Source: an uncultured cyanobacterium
GTDB taxonomy: Bacteria; Cyanobacteriota; Cyanobacteriia; Cyanobacteriales; CAWUOF01
NCBI GenBank assembly: GCA_963744145.1
Contig: CAVUSO010000001.1
Coordinates: 5,376,001-5,440,000 of the forward strand
DNA length: 64,000 nucleotides
Reading direction: 5' to 3'
Shown here: positions 1 to 9,574 of the stretch, piece by piece
How positions within the stretch are numbered: the first letter of the stretch is position 1
How the letters are laid out: each line of letters starts with the position of its first letter
The notes under the pieces: generated by a model
Databases searched by the model: none
The model's input: the letters and a program-made list of their open reading frames with translations, nothing else
Told to the model about the DNA's origin: nothing
Program-made: the position numbers and the translations under genes

Positions 1-253
1 TGAAACTACCTTCCAAAAGCTTGAAAAAGCGAGGAGAACCTCGTTTAAATAAAGAGGTTCCAGACTTATTGAAATCATTTTTAATTTTGACTAACCGCGA
101 TCGCACGGGGGTTAGTTAATTTTGTTTATTTATTGACACTCTTTAGGAGTGTTAAGAGAGGTTTTTGTTGTTTTTTAAACAACTACCATTCAACGGAATT
201 GTCAATTAATTAGGAGTAGGAACAGTCTGGGTCGACCAGGTTGGATTTTTTGT

Positions 254-1231
254 ATGAAAACCATAAAAAGAAGACCCTATTTGGGTGAAACAGATCGAAA
301 AGCGATCGCAGATTTTCTCAATGCTTATGAAGCTCATAGTCAACTGGAGCAAGATCAATCTGTTTCACAAATTCATCGAGAAATAGATGCTCCAGGGGTA
401 GATAAGACTCAAAATTTGCGTTTGTGGGAAGATGAAGATGGTAAATTAATGGGTTTTGGATATTTATATATGCTCAATCCCAGCCCAGTAATTGATGCTT
501 ATCTTTCCCTCTGTGTAGAAAGACCAGAGATCGGAGAAAATGACTTTAGTGCCCATGATTTAGCAAGAGATATTATTAACTGGGGTGAAGAGCGGTTACG
601 AGAAGTGGGCAAAAAAGTAGATTTACCAGTTAATCTACGTTTCTGTGTTCATGAGGATCGGAAGGATCGGATTTCCTTGTTAACGGAAAGAGGATTTAAA
701 GTTGATCGTTACTATTTGACCATGAAGCGATCGCTAAATCTAGATATTCCCTTACCACAATTTCCGGCTGGGTTTAGATTATCTCATCGCACTAAAAAAG
801 GAGATTTACAAGCTTGGGTGGAGCTATTTAATGAGTCATTTATTGACCATTGGAATCACCATGACTTAAATATTGCAACTTTAAAACATTGGTTAAATGA
901 TCCCAACTATAATCCTGAACTGGATTTAATTGCGATCGCACCGAATGGCAAATTTGCAGCTTTTTGTTACTGTAATATTAATCCCATTGAAAATTTGCGG
1001 TATGGACATAACGAAGGTTGGATTGAATGGTTAGGAACACAGCGTAATTTCCGGAAACTGGGTTTAGGAAAAGCCATGTTGTTAGCTGGGTTACACTGTT
1101 TAAAAAAAGCTGGTGTTGCTACAGCAAAATTAAGTGTGGATGCGGACAGTTTGACGGGTGCTACTAGACTCTACGAATCGGTTGGGTTTAGACCGGTTGA
1201 AACTTGGGTAGACTATGTGAAAGCGATTTAA
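254..1231 (+). CDS. GNAT-family N-acetyltransferase (tandem GNAT, MshD-like)
   Basis: C-terminal acetyl-CoA motif (LGTQRNFRKLGLGKAML) and GATRLYESVGF; N-terminal half resembles a degenerate second GNAT. Confidence 0.85.
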   Translation: MKTIKRRPYLGETDRKAIADFLNAYEAHSQLEQDQSVSQIHREIDAPGVDKTQNLRLWEDEDGKLMGFGYLYMLNPSPVIDAYLSLCVERPEIGENDFSAHDLARDIINWGEERLREVGKKVDLPVNLRFCVHEDRKDRISLLTERGFKVDRYYLTMKRSLNLDIPLPQFPAGFRLSHRTKKGDLQAWVELFNESFIDHWNHHDLNIATLKHWLNDPNYNPELDLIAIAPNGKFAAFCYCNINPIENLRYGHNEGWIEWLGTQRNFRKLGLGKAMLLAGLHCLKKAGVATAKLSVDADSLTGATRLYESVGFRPVETWVDYVKAI

Positions 1232-1240
1232 AAACTCGCG

Positions 1241-1336
1241 GTAGGGGCGTATTGCAATACGCCCCTACAGTTAATACGCCCCTACAGTTAATACGCCCCT
1301 ACAGTTAATACGCCCCTACAGTTAATACGCCCCTAC
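1241..1336. repeat. REP-like palindrome GTAGGGGCGTATTGCAATACGCCCCTAC followed by four tandem 17-bp copies of AGTTAATACGCCCCTAC
   Basis: Directly visible; the same palindrome recurs at 47643-47670. Confidence 0.9.
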
Positions 1337-3345
1337 AAAGCAGATCTAATTGGTAATTCGATCGTAAATTCTGTACCTTTACCAGGAGTAGAATCTACCT
1401 GTAACTTTCCACGATGCTTTTCCACCACAATTTGATAACTAATCGATAACCCTAACCCAGTACCTTTACCGACTGGTTTGGTGGTAAAAAATGGGTCAAA
1501 TAACTTTTGATGGACTTCCGGAGTTATCCCTGACCCATTATCACCAATCCGAATTGCTACCTTATCGTCATCAATTACTTCTGTCCGAATCCATAAGGTA
1601 GGTACTAAGTCTGACCCCCAATCCTTTTTCCCTGTTTCCAAAGCATCGATCGCATTGGCTAAAATATTCATAAATACCTGGTTGATTTGACTAGCATAGC
1701 AATCAACTTCCGGTAAATTTCCGTATTCTTTTACTAATTCAATTCGGGGAAAGTCTGATTTTGCTTTCAAGCGATGTTGTAAAATTAACAAGGTACTATC
1801 GAGACCTTGATGAAGATTGACTGACTTAATCACACTTTCATCAAGACGTGAAAAATTACGGAGAGATAGAACTATTTCCCGAATGCGATCGGCACCTAAT
1901 TTCATAGAAGAAAGTAAATTTGGTAAGTCTTCAATTAGGAAATCTAATTCGATCGCATCGATTTCGGCTTGAATTTCTGCAACTGGAGCAGGATAATACT
2001 GCTGATAGATATTGACTAGACTAAGTAAATCTTCTAGATATTGAGTAACATGAGTAATATTCCCATAGATAAAATTGATGGGATTATTAATTTCATGGGC
2101 AACTCCAGCAACTAGCTGTCCTAAAGAAGACATTTTTTCAGTTTGAATTAGTTGCGATTGGGTAGCTTGTAATTCGTGCAGTAATTTTTTTAGCTCTGTT
2201 GCTTGTTGACGATAGCGTTCCTCACTTTCTCTTAGTGCTGTTTCTTCTATGGTTAATCTCTCATTAGCTTGTTGCAATTGGAGCGTTCGTTCTAAAACTC
2301 GATTCTCTAATTGATTATTAATTTCTTTGAGAGCTATTTCTGCTTGATATCTCTGCCCATCAATTCGGCTCATTGTCTTGGCGCTAGACCAAATTAAAAT
2401 CGAAAAAAATATCATATTTAACATTCCCAGTAGGGATATTCCCATGTCAGAGGTGTAGATTTCTGTGCGATAACCTAATAAGATTAACCACCCACTCAAT
2501 GGTGGAAATATTAGGGCTGGTAGCAATAATTTTCTCGCCATTATTCCCCCAGCATCATTACTAGCGATCGCCCTCATTAAACCGCGTTCTGGAGAGCAAA
2601 ACAAAATTCCCAAACTCATAACAATAAACGCTAATGCTGTATGTAACGCCATGGCTGTATAGCTTTTACCAAAATGATAAAAATAGGCATTACCGTAGAC
2701 ATAACCTAACAATCCCAGACAAGAAATTAAAAATCCTCCTAAAGTAAATAATTGCGCTGGAAGATAATTTGGTCGAGGTAGATGCAATAACAATAGAGCC
2801 GAACCAAATAATAAAAAAGTTAGGGCTGTATTGGGAGCCATTCTCCCAGGAGCTGCTGTACTAACTGCATTTACTCGATCTTGGAAAAATATTTCATCAA
2901 TTCCTAAGTTAAGGTTAAAACTATACTGAATCAGGGTTAATAAGCTGATTAAAATAACTAAACTAGGCAAAAGATAAGTAATAAAGTTAATTGAAAAGAT
3001 TTTTCTTTTATTGGTTTGGTTCTTTCTGCTCAAATGTTGTTGATGGTAGGACCACAAAGATAAACTTCCCAGAATAAAACAAATGGCAGTATTAGCTTTC
3101 ATGCTTACCAGTCCTGGTAAGATACTTTTGAAAGTTGTAATATCAAAAATCCAACCGCAAATAACTATACAACCAATTAATGTTACTGCGATACTAGCTT
3201 TTCTGGAGATAGCTTGTAAAGTTAGTATTACCCTTGACGGCACAACTACTTGCTTGCTTGCCAAGGGGATATTGATCGTTGATAATAACGTTTCCATTGG
3301 GTTGAATACCAAATTTATTTTTGCTGTTGATAATCTTACAAACAA
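1333..3345 (-). CDS. Membrane-bound sensor histidine kinase
   Basis: Multiple TM helices, H-box VAHEINNP, N-box NQVFMNILANAIDA, G-boxes DNGSG and GKGTGLGL; true start may lie downstream of 3345. Confidence 0.92.
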   Translation of the reverse strand: MFVRLSTAKINLVFNPMETLLSTINIPLASKQVVVPSRVILTLQAISRKASIAVTLIGCIVICGWIFDITTFKSILPGLVSMKANTAICFILGSLSLWSYHQQHLSRKNQTNKRKIFSINFITYLLPSLVILISLLTLIQYSFNLNLGIDEIFFQDRVNAVSTAAPGRMAPNTALTFLLFGSALLLLHLPRPNYLPAQLFTLGGFLISCLGLLGYVYGNAYFYHFGKSYTAMALHTALAFIVMSLGILFCSPERGLMRAIASNDAGGIMARKLLLPALIFPPLSGWLILLGYRTEIYTSDMGISLLGMLNMIFFSILIWSSAKTMSRIDGQRYQAEIALKEINNQLENRVLERTLQLQQANERLTIEETALRESEERYRQQATELKKLLHELQATQSQLIQTEKMSSLGQLVAGVAHEINNPINFIYGNITHVTQYLEDLLSLVNIYQQYYPAPVAEIQAEIDAIELDFLIEDLPNLLSSMKLGADRIREIVLSLRNFSRLDESVIKSVNLHQGLDSTLLILQHRLKAKSDFPRIELVKEYGNLPEVDCYASQINQVFMNILANAIDALETGKKDWGSDLVPTLWIRTEVIDDDKVAIRIGDNGSGITPEVHQKLFDPFFTTKPVGKGTGLGLSISYQIVVEKHRGKLQVDSTPGKGTEFTIELPIRSAL

Positions 3346-3728
3346 ACTAATTATCAGAAGTGTTTTATAAGTTACAATTTAGCGCAATTAGATAATGATA
3401 ATTTTTTTTAATTTCTCTCTATAAAAAAAAGGATAAAATTTTATTAATTATTAATAGGTTCAGTTACTTGCTACTATAAAAATAGGATATTTATCCAAAT
3501 CAAGTCCTAATTCTAGCTGAGGCGATCGCAGTTCTGAACAAAGTTAATGATGAATATAATCGAATTTTGGCAAGTAATAACCTAGTGAGACGAAATGGAT
3601 TGAGAAAATGTTCCCGATCAAAATTAAAACGGGGTGACAATTTTTACATCTCTAGAAACTTAAGCGCCAAAACCATTCATCATGATTTTTTCTAGTTGAG
3701 CGTCACTCCGTTAATATTACCAATTTAG

Positions 3729-3905
3729 TTAGTCTTGGAGTACCCAATGGGCAACTAGACGTGACCGATCGCCATCAGGTTCTAGTAACCAAATCATGGA
3801 CAGTCTAGCTTGGGCCGTTGCTTTTTGAGATTTTAACGATTTTTCTGAAGATAATGCTGCTTGCACAATTGCATCAGAAGTAGTAGAATCACTTACGAGA
3901 TACAT
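3729..3905 (-). CDS. Small 58-aa protein absent from the ORF track (MYLVSDSTTSDAIVQAALSSEKSLKSQKATAQARLSMIWLLEPDGDRSRLVAHWVLQD)
   Basis: ATG at 3905 preceded by a GGAGG Shine-Dalgarno; open to TAA at 3729-3731; lies in an otherwise empty 800-bp gap. Confidence 0.6.
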   Translation of the reverse strand: MYLVSDSTTSDAIVQAALSSEKSLKSQKATAQARLSMIWLLEPDGDRSRLVAHWVLQD

Positions 3906-4141
3906 ATTAAACCCTCCTTTAAAAAGTTCTTAAACTCTCCTTAATCAATTTCATACTTATAATATGCAACATGGGAGATGCAATTGGTGTGATTTGAAAT
4001 ACCATTTACCTGTAATTGAAAGCAGAGTAAACAGTGATTGATCGCACAAAAGATTCTGGAAGTAACTTAATTAAGTTTTATTAACAAAAAAAGCGATCGA
4101 GCGATTAAAATTAAAACAAACCGGAGACGAAAAAAGTAACT

Positions 4142-5260
4142 ATGAATTCTGGCAAATCAAAAAGCAAAAATGCGCCCACTGCAACCGCATTGCTCCGAGA
4201 ACACGCAGAACACCAATTTGCTGAGGAATTTCAAGCATTGGCAAAAGTAGATACTAAACAGCGTCCTCCCAATTGGCAACTTTCACCTTGGGCAGTAGCT
4301 AAATATCTTTTGGGGGGAAAATTAGAAAATGGCTTTGAGATTACACCAAAGTATATTGGCGATCGCCGTCTGATGGAAATCGCGATCGCGACTCTGACCA
4401 CAGATCGAGCTTTATTACTAATTGGAGTCCCCGGAACTGCTAAATCATGGGTTTCTGAACATCTAGCAGCAGCAATTAGTGGTAATTCTACCCTATTGAT
4501 TCAAGGTACAGCCGGAACCAGTGAAGAATCAATTCGCTATGGTTGGAATTATGCCAAACTCTTAGCAGATGGACCATCTCTTGATGCGTTAGTCGCAAGT
4601 CCCTTAATGCGGGCTATGCGCGAGGGAAAAATTGCCCGTGTTGAAGAATTAACTCGGATTCCAGCGGATGTCCAAGATACACTGATTACCATTTTATCAG
4701 AAAAAACCTTACCAATCCCAGAACTAAATAACGAAGTTCAAGCAAATAAAGGATTTAGTGTGATTGCGACAGCTAATGATCGAGATAAGGGAGTAAATGA
4801 ACTATCTAGTGCTTTAAAACGAAGATTTAATACAGTAGTTTTACCCTTACCGAAAACTGTAGAAGAAGAAGTAGAAATTGTACAACGTCGAGTCGAAAGT
4901 CTGGGACGTGCTTTAGAATTACCAGCAGAAACCCCTGCGATCGAAGAAGTCCGTCGCATTGTGACGATTTTTCGAGAATTGCGGAGTGGTTTAACGACAG
5001 ATGGGAAAACTAAGTTGAAATCTCCTAGTAGTACCTTGAGTACAGCAGAAGCTATTTCTGTGGTGAATAATGGTTTAGCTTTAGCAGCTCATTTCGGAGA
5101 TGGGGTGATTAGTGCTAGTGATGTTGCATCGGGATTGATTGGTGCTGTGATTAAAGATCCAGTTCAAGATCAAATTGTGTGGCGCGAGTATTTGGAAACT
5201 GTGATTAAAGAAAGAAATGATTGGAAAGACTTATATCGTGCTTGTCGTGATTTATCTTAG
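4142..5260 (+). CDS. MoxR-type AAA+ ATPase (YehL-like)
   Basis: Walker A GVPGTAKS, VEELTR, SSALKRRF; N-terminal LREHAEHQFAEE..PPNWQLSPWAV typical of the YehL family. Confidence 0.88.
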   Translation: MNSGKSKSKNAPTATALLREHAEHQFAEEFQALAKVDTKQRPPNWQLSPWAVAKYLLGGKLENGFEITPKYIGDRRLMEIAIATLTTDRALLLIGVPGTAKSWVSEHLAAAISGNSTLLIQGTAGTSEESIRYGWNYAKLLADGPSLDALVASPLMRAMREGKIARVEELTRIPADVQDTLITILSEKTLPIPELNNEVQANKGFSVIATANDRDKGVNELSSALKRRFNTVVLPLPKTVEEEVEIVQRRVESLGRALELPAETPAIEEVRRIVTIFRELRSGLTTDGKTKLKSPSSTLSTAEAISVVNNGLALAAHFGDGVISASDVASGLIGAVIKDPVQDQIVWREYLETVIKERNDWKDLYRACRDLS

Positions 5261-5277
5261 CAGCCACTAATCAAAGT

Positions 5278-7521
5278 ATGAGCATACATCTTTTTGGGAT
5301 TAGACATCATGGTCCTGGTTCAGCTCGCAGTTTAAAGAGAGCTTTAGAGTCTTTACAACCAGATACAATTTTAGTAGAAGGACCACCAGAAGCTGATCAA
5401 ATGTTACCATTAATGCTTCATCCAGACATGGAGCCTCCGGTAGCTTTACTAATTTATGCACCAGATCAGCCGCGTTTATCGGTATATTATCCTTTTGCAA
5501 TTTTTTCGCCAGAATGGCAAGCAATTCGTTATGGTTTAACTAATCAGATTCCGGTGCGGTTTATGGATTTACCCCAAACCCATCGGTTAGCAAAAGAAAG
5601 CGATCGCGAAGCTGAACAAACAACAGAAGTAATTCCCCAAACAGAAGAGATTCATCGTGATCCGTTAGGTTGGTTAGCCCAAGCAGCTGGTTATAGTGAC
5701 GGAGAACGGTGGTGGGAACATTTTATTGAACATCGACGCGATCGCGAAAACCAATTTGATGCAGTATTAGAAGCTATGACAGCTTTACGTGAAGCAGCTC
5801 CTCCTAGTTCGGATTTACAGGAAGCAAAACGGGAAGCTTATATGCGAAATACAATTCGCGCTGCTCAAAAAGAAGGTTTTCAAAAGATTGCTGTGGTTTG
5901 TGGGGCGTGGCACACTCCAGCATTAGCTAAAATGCCACCTGTTAAAGAAGATAATAGCTTACTTAAAGGGTTATCTAAAACTAAAGTAGAAGCAACTTGG
6001 GTTCCTTGGACTTATGGGAGACTTGCTTATCGTAGTGGTTATGGTGCTGGGATTGAATCTCCTGGTTGGTATGATCATTTATGGAGGGTAGACTCGGAAC
6101 AATCTGATCTTCATCAAGCCAAAAGTGAAGTAGTGATTCGCTGGATTACTAAAGTTGCTCGATTACTAAGAGCAGAAGATTTAGATGCTTCCTCTGCTCA
6201 TATTATTGAAGCAGTCAGATTAGCAGAAGCTTTAGCAGCACTTCGCGATCGCACTCTTCCGGGATTATTAGAATTAAATGAAGCAATTCAGTCTGTGCTT
6301 TGTTTCGGTAGTGACATTCAAATGAAATTAATCCATGAGAAATTAATCGTGGGAGAAAGACTGGGAAAAGTCCCCGATGAAACTCCCATGGTGCCGTTAC
6401 AACAGGACTTAAGAAGTTTACAAAAAAAATTGCGACTTCCACCTGAACCTACTAAAAAAACCTATGATCTTGATCAACGTAAACCTAATGATCTACAACG
6501 TAGTCAATTATTGTATAGATTAGACTTACTGGAAATTCCCTGGGGAAAAAGAGAAAAAGAAAGTAAAAATGTCAAAGGTACATTTCACGAAATTTGGAGT
6601 TTACAATGGCAACCTGAATTTGAAGTGATGGTGATTGAAAAAGGGATTTGGGGAAATACTATTGATCATGCTGCTGCTAATTATGCGATCGATATTGCTC
6701 AAAAAATTACTGAATTACCAAAACTAGCAGAACTTTTAGATAAATTATTACTAGCAGATTTGCCGAATGGATGTAGTTTCTTAATGAAACGTCTAGAATC
6801 AGAAGCAGCAGTTGCTAGTGATATCGGACATTTAATGGAAACATTACCAGCATTAGCGAGAATTATGCGTTATGGTAATATTCGGAAAACTGATACTGAA
6901 ACTATTAGTGAGATTGTCAATGGGTTAATCACCCGAATTTGCATCGGATTACCAAATGCTTGTGCTTCTTTAGATGATGATGCTGCTAGGATTATGTATG
7001 AGCGGATTAATCAAGTAAATAGTGCGATCGCTTTAATTCAAAATCAGGAATATCAAACAGTTTGGCACAATCTGCTCGTGGAATTGACAGAAAAACCCAA
7101 TTTACACGGATTATTAGGGGGAAGATGTTGTCGTTTACTACTAGATGCAGGTATATTTGTCATTGATGAAGCAGCTCGAAGGATGGGACTAGCATTATCT
7201 ACAGCAATTGAACCACATCAAGCCGCAGTTTGGGTAGAAGGATTTATTAAAGGTAGTGGTTTATTGCTACTCCATGATGATAAATTATGGGAAGTGCTAG
7301 ATCGTTGGGTAACTCAGCTTAATGGGGATACATTTACAGCTTTACTACCATTATTACGTCGGACGTTCTCCTCATTTTCTGCACCAGAACGTCGTCAAAT
7401 GGGAGAAAAAGTCAGAGGTGGTAAGAAAATCACCATGATTGCTGCTAATATAAGTAACGATTTTGACGAAGAACGGGCTAATTCTGTATTACCCTTACTC
7501 GGACAAATATTAGGATTATAA
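5278..7521 (+). CDS. DUF5682 / YehM-like protein
   Basis: GIRHHGPGSA start, VCGAWH motif, directly downstream of the YehL-like ATPase. Confidence 0.85.
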   Translation: MSIHLFGIRHHGPGSARSLKRALESLQPDTILVEGPPEADQMLPLMLHPDMEPPVALLIYAPDQPRLSVYYPFAIFSPEWQAIRYGLTNQIPVRFMDLPQTHRLAKESDREAEQTTEVIPQTEEIHRDPLGWLAQAAGYSDGERWWEHFIEHRRDRENQFDAVLEAMTALREAAPPSSDLQEAKREAYMRNTIRAAQKEGFQKIAVVCGAWHTPALAKMPPVKEDNSLLKGLSKTKVEATWVPWTYGRLAYRSGYGAGIESPGWYDHLWRVDSEQSDLHQAKSEVVIRWITKVARLLRAEDLDASSAHIIEAVRLAEALAALRDRTLPGLLELNEAIQSVLCFGSDIQMKLIHEKLIVGERLGKVPDETPMVPLQQDLRSLQKKLRLPPEPTKKTYDLDQRKPNDLQRSQLLYRLDLLEIPWGKREKESKNVKGTFHEIWSLQWQPEFEVMVIEKGIWGNTIDHAAANYAIDIAQKITELPKLAELLDKLLLADLPNGCSFLMKRLESEAAVASDIGHLMETLPALARIMRYGNIRKTDTETISEIVNGLITRICIGLPNACASLDDDAARIMYERINQVNSAIALIQNQEYQTVWHNLLVELTEKPNLHGLLGGRCCRLLLDAGIFVIDEAARRMGLALSTAIEPHQAAVWVEGFIKGSGLLLLHDDKLWEVLDRWVTQLNGDTFTALLPLLRRTFSSFSAPERRQMGEKVRGGKKITMIAANISNDFDEERANSVLPLLGQILGL

Positions 7522-7530
7522 ATTGATTTA

Positions 7531-9312
7531 ATGAAATTTGCGATCGCATCCCCACTGAACAAATTTAATCTGCTTCTGCTCCTGCTCTGGGTCATCATCG
7601 GGACAGGGTTACGCTTTACTCTCCTAGAAGAAAAACCACCCTGGACTGATGAAATTGCTACCATGGTATTTAGTTTAGGTCACAGTTTTCAGACAATCCC
7701 TCTTGATCAAGCAATCACGATCGACACTATTTTACAGCCACTCCAATTCGATGTCAATTCTAGCATTAGTGATGTTACCCACAATTTAATGACCGAAAGC
7801 ACTCATCCTCCGATTTATTTTGTGCTAACACATCTCTGGTTAAAACTATTTTCCCATCCCGGTGAAATAATTTCACTTTGGGTGCTACGTTCTTTGAGTG
7901 CTTTATTAGGAGTTCTCTCAATTCCCGCGATATTTGGACTTGCTTGGATCGGATTTGAATCTCAGGTAGTAGCTCAAATTGCAGCGGGAATTATGTCGGT
8001 TTCTCCCTATGGAATCTACCTCGCTCAAGAAGCACGTCACTATACTTTAGCGATCTTATTTATTATCGCTTCTCTTAGTTGTTTAATTATTACTATTCGG
8101 GCTTTACAAAATCATCATTCCCTACCTATTTGGCTCGTTCCTACCTGGATTGTAGTTAACAGTTTAGGTGTCGCTATCCATTATTTTTTAGCAGTTACTC
8201 TCTTAGCTGAAGGATTAGTAGTATTAAAATATTGGTGGGTAAATATAATTTTATCCGACGGTCAAACAGTCGAAAAAATTACTAATAGGTTATTGGCTAA
8301 ACCTTGGCTCCAAATCTATACTATAGCGATAGGAACTCTAGTGGGATGTTTAGTTTGGGTGCCTTTTTTAGGTGGAATTTCCTCAAGTAAATTAACCGAA
8401 TGGATTTACTATCATAGCGATAATGTTAATAAATTTATTGCTCCTTTTGCTAGAGTTATAGCTTGGATATTAACCATGCTATCCTTATTACCAGTAGAAA
8501 GACAACCGCTAGCGATCGTCATTATATCTGGATTGGTGATGGTGATTTTTATAGTTTGGTTATTGCCAATTATCGGACGGGGTATAAAAATTCAAATGCA
8601 GCGATCGCCCCATCGTCTCAGTCTCCAAGTATTAGGAGAATTTATGATGGTAGCTCTCGGTTTAATTTTCGCCATTACATTTATTTTAGGAACAGATTTA
8701 ACATTAGCTGCCCGCTATCAATTTATCTATTTTCCTGCTTGCGTCGTTTTATTAGCAAGTGCGATCGCTCCTAGCTGGGAAAGTGATACTTCAGGAACAA
8801 AAAACCTCCAAAAATATTCTTTACCGATCAAGGGAAAGAAAGCAGTTGTCATTATTTTGATCATGGGATTAATGGGAGGATTGACAGTAGCACTACATCT
8901 AGGATATCAAAAAGGCGATCGCCCAGACTTAGTTGCACCTGTAATGATCGCAAGACAAAATGATTTAGTCACTCCCATTCCAGCATTAATCGCTAATGTC
9001 CAAAAAACCCATGAACAAACGGGAGAAATAATCGGATTAGCTTGGGAATTAAAATTTCTTCAGAATTCCTTATCTTCAGTCAATCAAACATCACCCAATT
9101 TTCCTCAATTTCTCTTAGCACATAAACAGGAAGGTCCCAAACACCTGACCGACTTACTGCACCAAACCATGACTAACTTTTCCCGTCCTTTAGATTTATG
9201 GACAGTCAATTTTTCTGTACCGATTCCAGCTGAAGCAGAAAATTGTGAAAATAAATCTGGACCTGTGCAAAAAGTAGCAGGGTATAATTATCGACTTTAT
9301 CATTGTCGATAA
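7531..9312 (+). CDS. GT-C fold membrane glycosyltransferase (GT39/PMT-like)
   Basis: WTDE motif, HPPIYF, QEARHY, many TM helices. Confidence 0.8.
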   Translation: MKFAIASPLNKFNLLLLLLWVIIGTGLRFTLLEEKPPWTDEIATMVFSLGHSFQTIPLDQAITIDTILQPLQFDVNSSISDVTHNLMTESTHPPIYFVLTHLWLKLFSHPGEIISLWVLRSLSALLGVLSIPAIFGLAWIGFESQVVAQIAAGIMSVSPYGIYLAQEARHYTLAILFIIASLSCLIITIRALQNHHSLPIWLVPTWIVVNSLGVAIHYFLAVTLLAEGLVVLKYWWVNIILSDGQTVEKITNRLLAKPWLQIYTIAIGTLVGCLVWVPFLGGISSSKLTEWIYYHSDNVNKFIAPFARVIAWILTMLSLLPVERQPLAIVIISGLVMVIFIVWLLPIIGRGIKIQMQRSPHRLSLQVLGEFMMVALGLIFAITFILGTDLTLAARYQFIYFPACVVLLASAIAPSWESDTSGTKNLQKYSLPIKGKKAVVIILIMGLMGGLTVALHLGYQKGDRPDLVAPVMIARQNDLVTPIPALIANVQKTHEQTGEIIGLAWELKFLQNSLSSVNQTSPNFPQFLLAHKQEGPKHLTDLLHQTMTNFSRPLDLWTVNFSVPIPAEAENCENKSGPVQKVAGYNYRLYHCR

Positions 9313-9574
9313 ATTGTGCTGTATTCCTCATTATCCAAGCTAAATAATCAAGTCAGTTCAGGTTAAAGTTCTTAGTTCAGACTACCTCTGGTTAATTTTA
9401 ATGCTCAAAACAGATTAATACCTATGCTACAGTTATACTCTATCAATAAACCGGATCAACAGCCCAATGCTTTTTCACCGATCTAACCAGCAATATTTCT
9501 TAGGAGGTCGATCGCTGTAAACCTATGAACACAAAGTATTTAAAAGATCACTGAGTATCAGCGATAACCAGAAT

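Noticed and set aside
1241..1336. Possible CRISPR array
   Set aside because: The 17-bp units are directly adjacent with no unique spacers, and there are no cas genes.
3988..4001. NtcA/CRP-like site GTGATTTGAAATAC
   Set aside because: Imperfect match in AT-rich DNA with an unconvincing -10 spacing.
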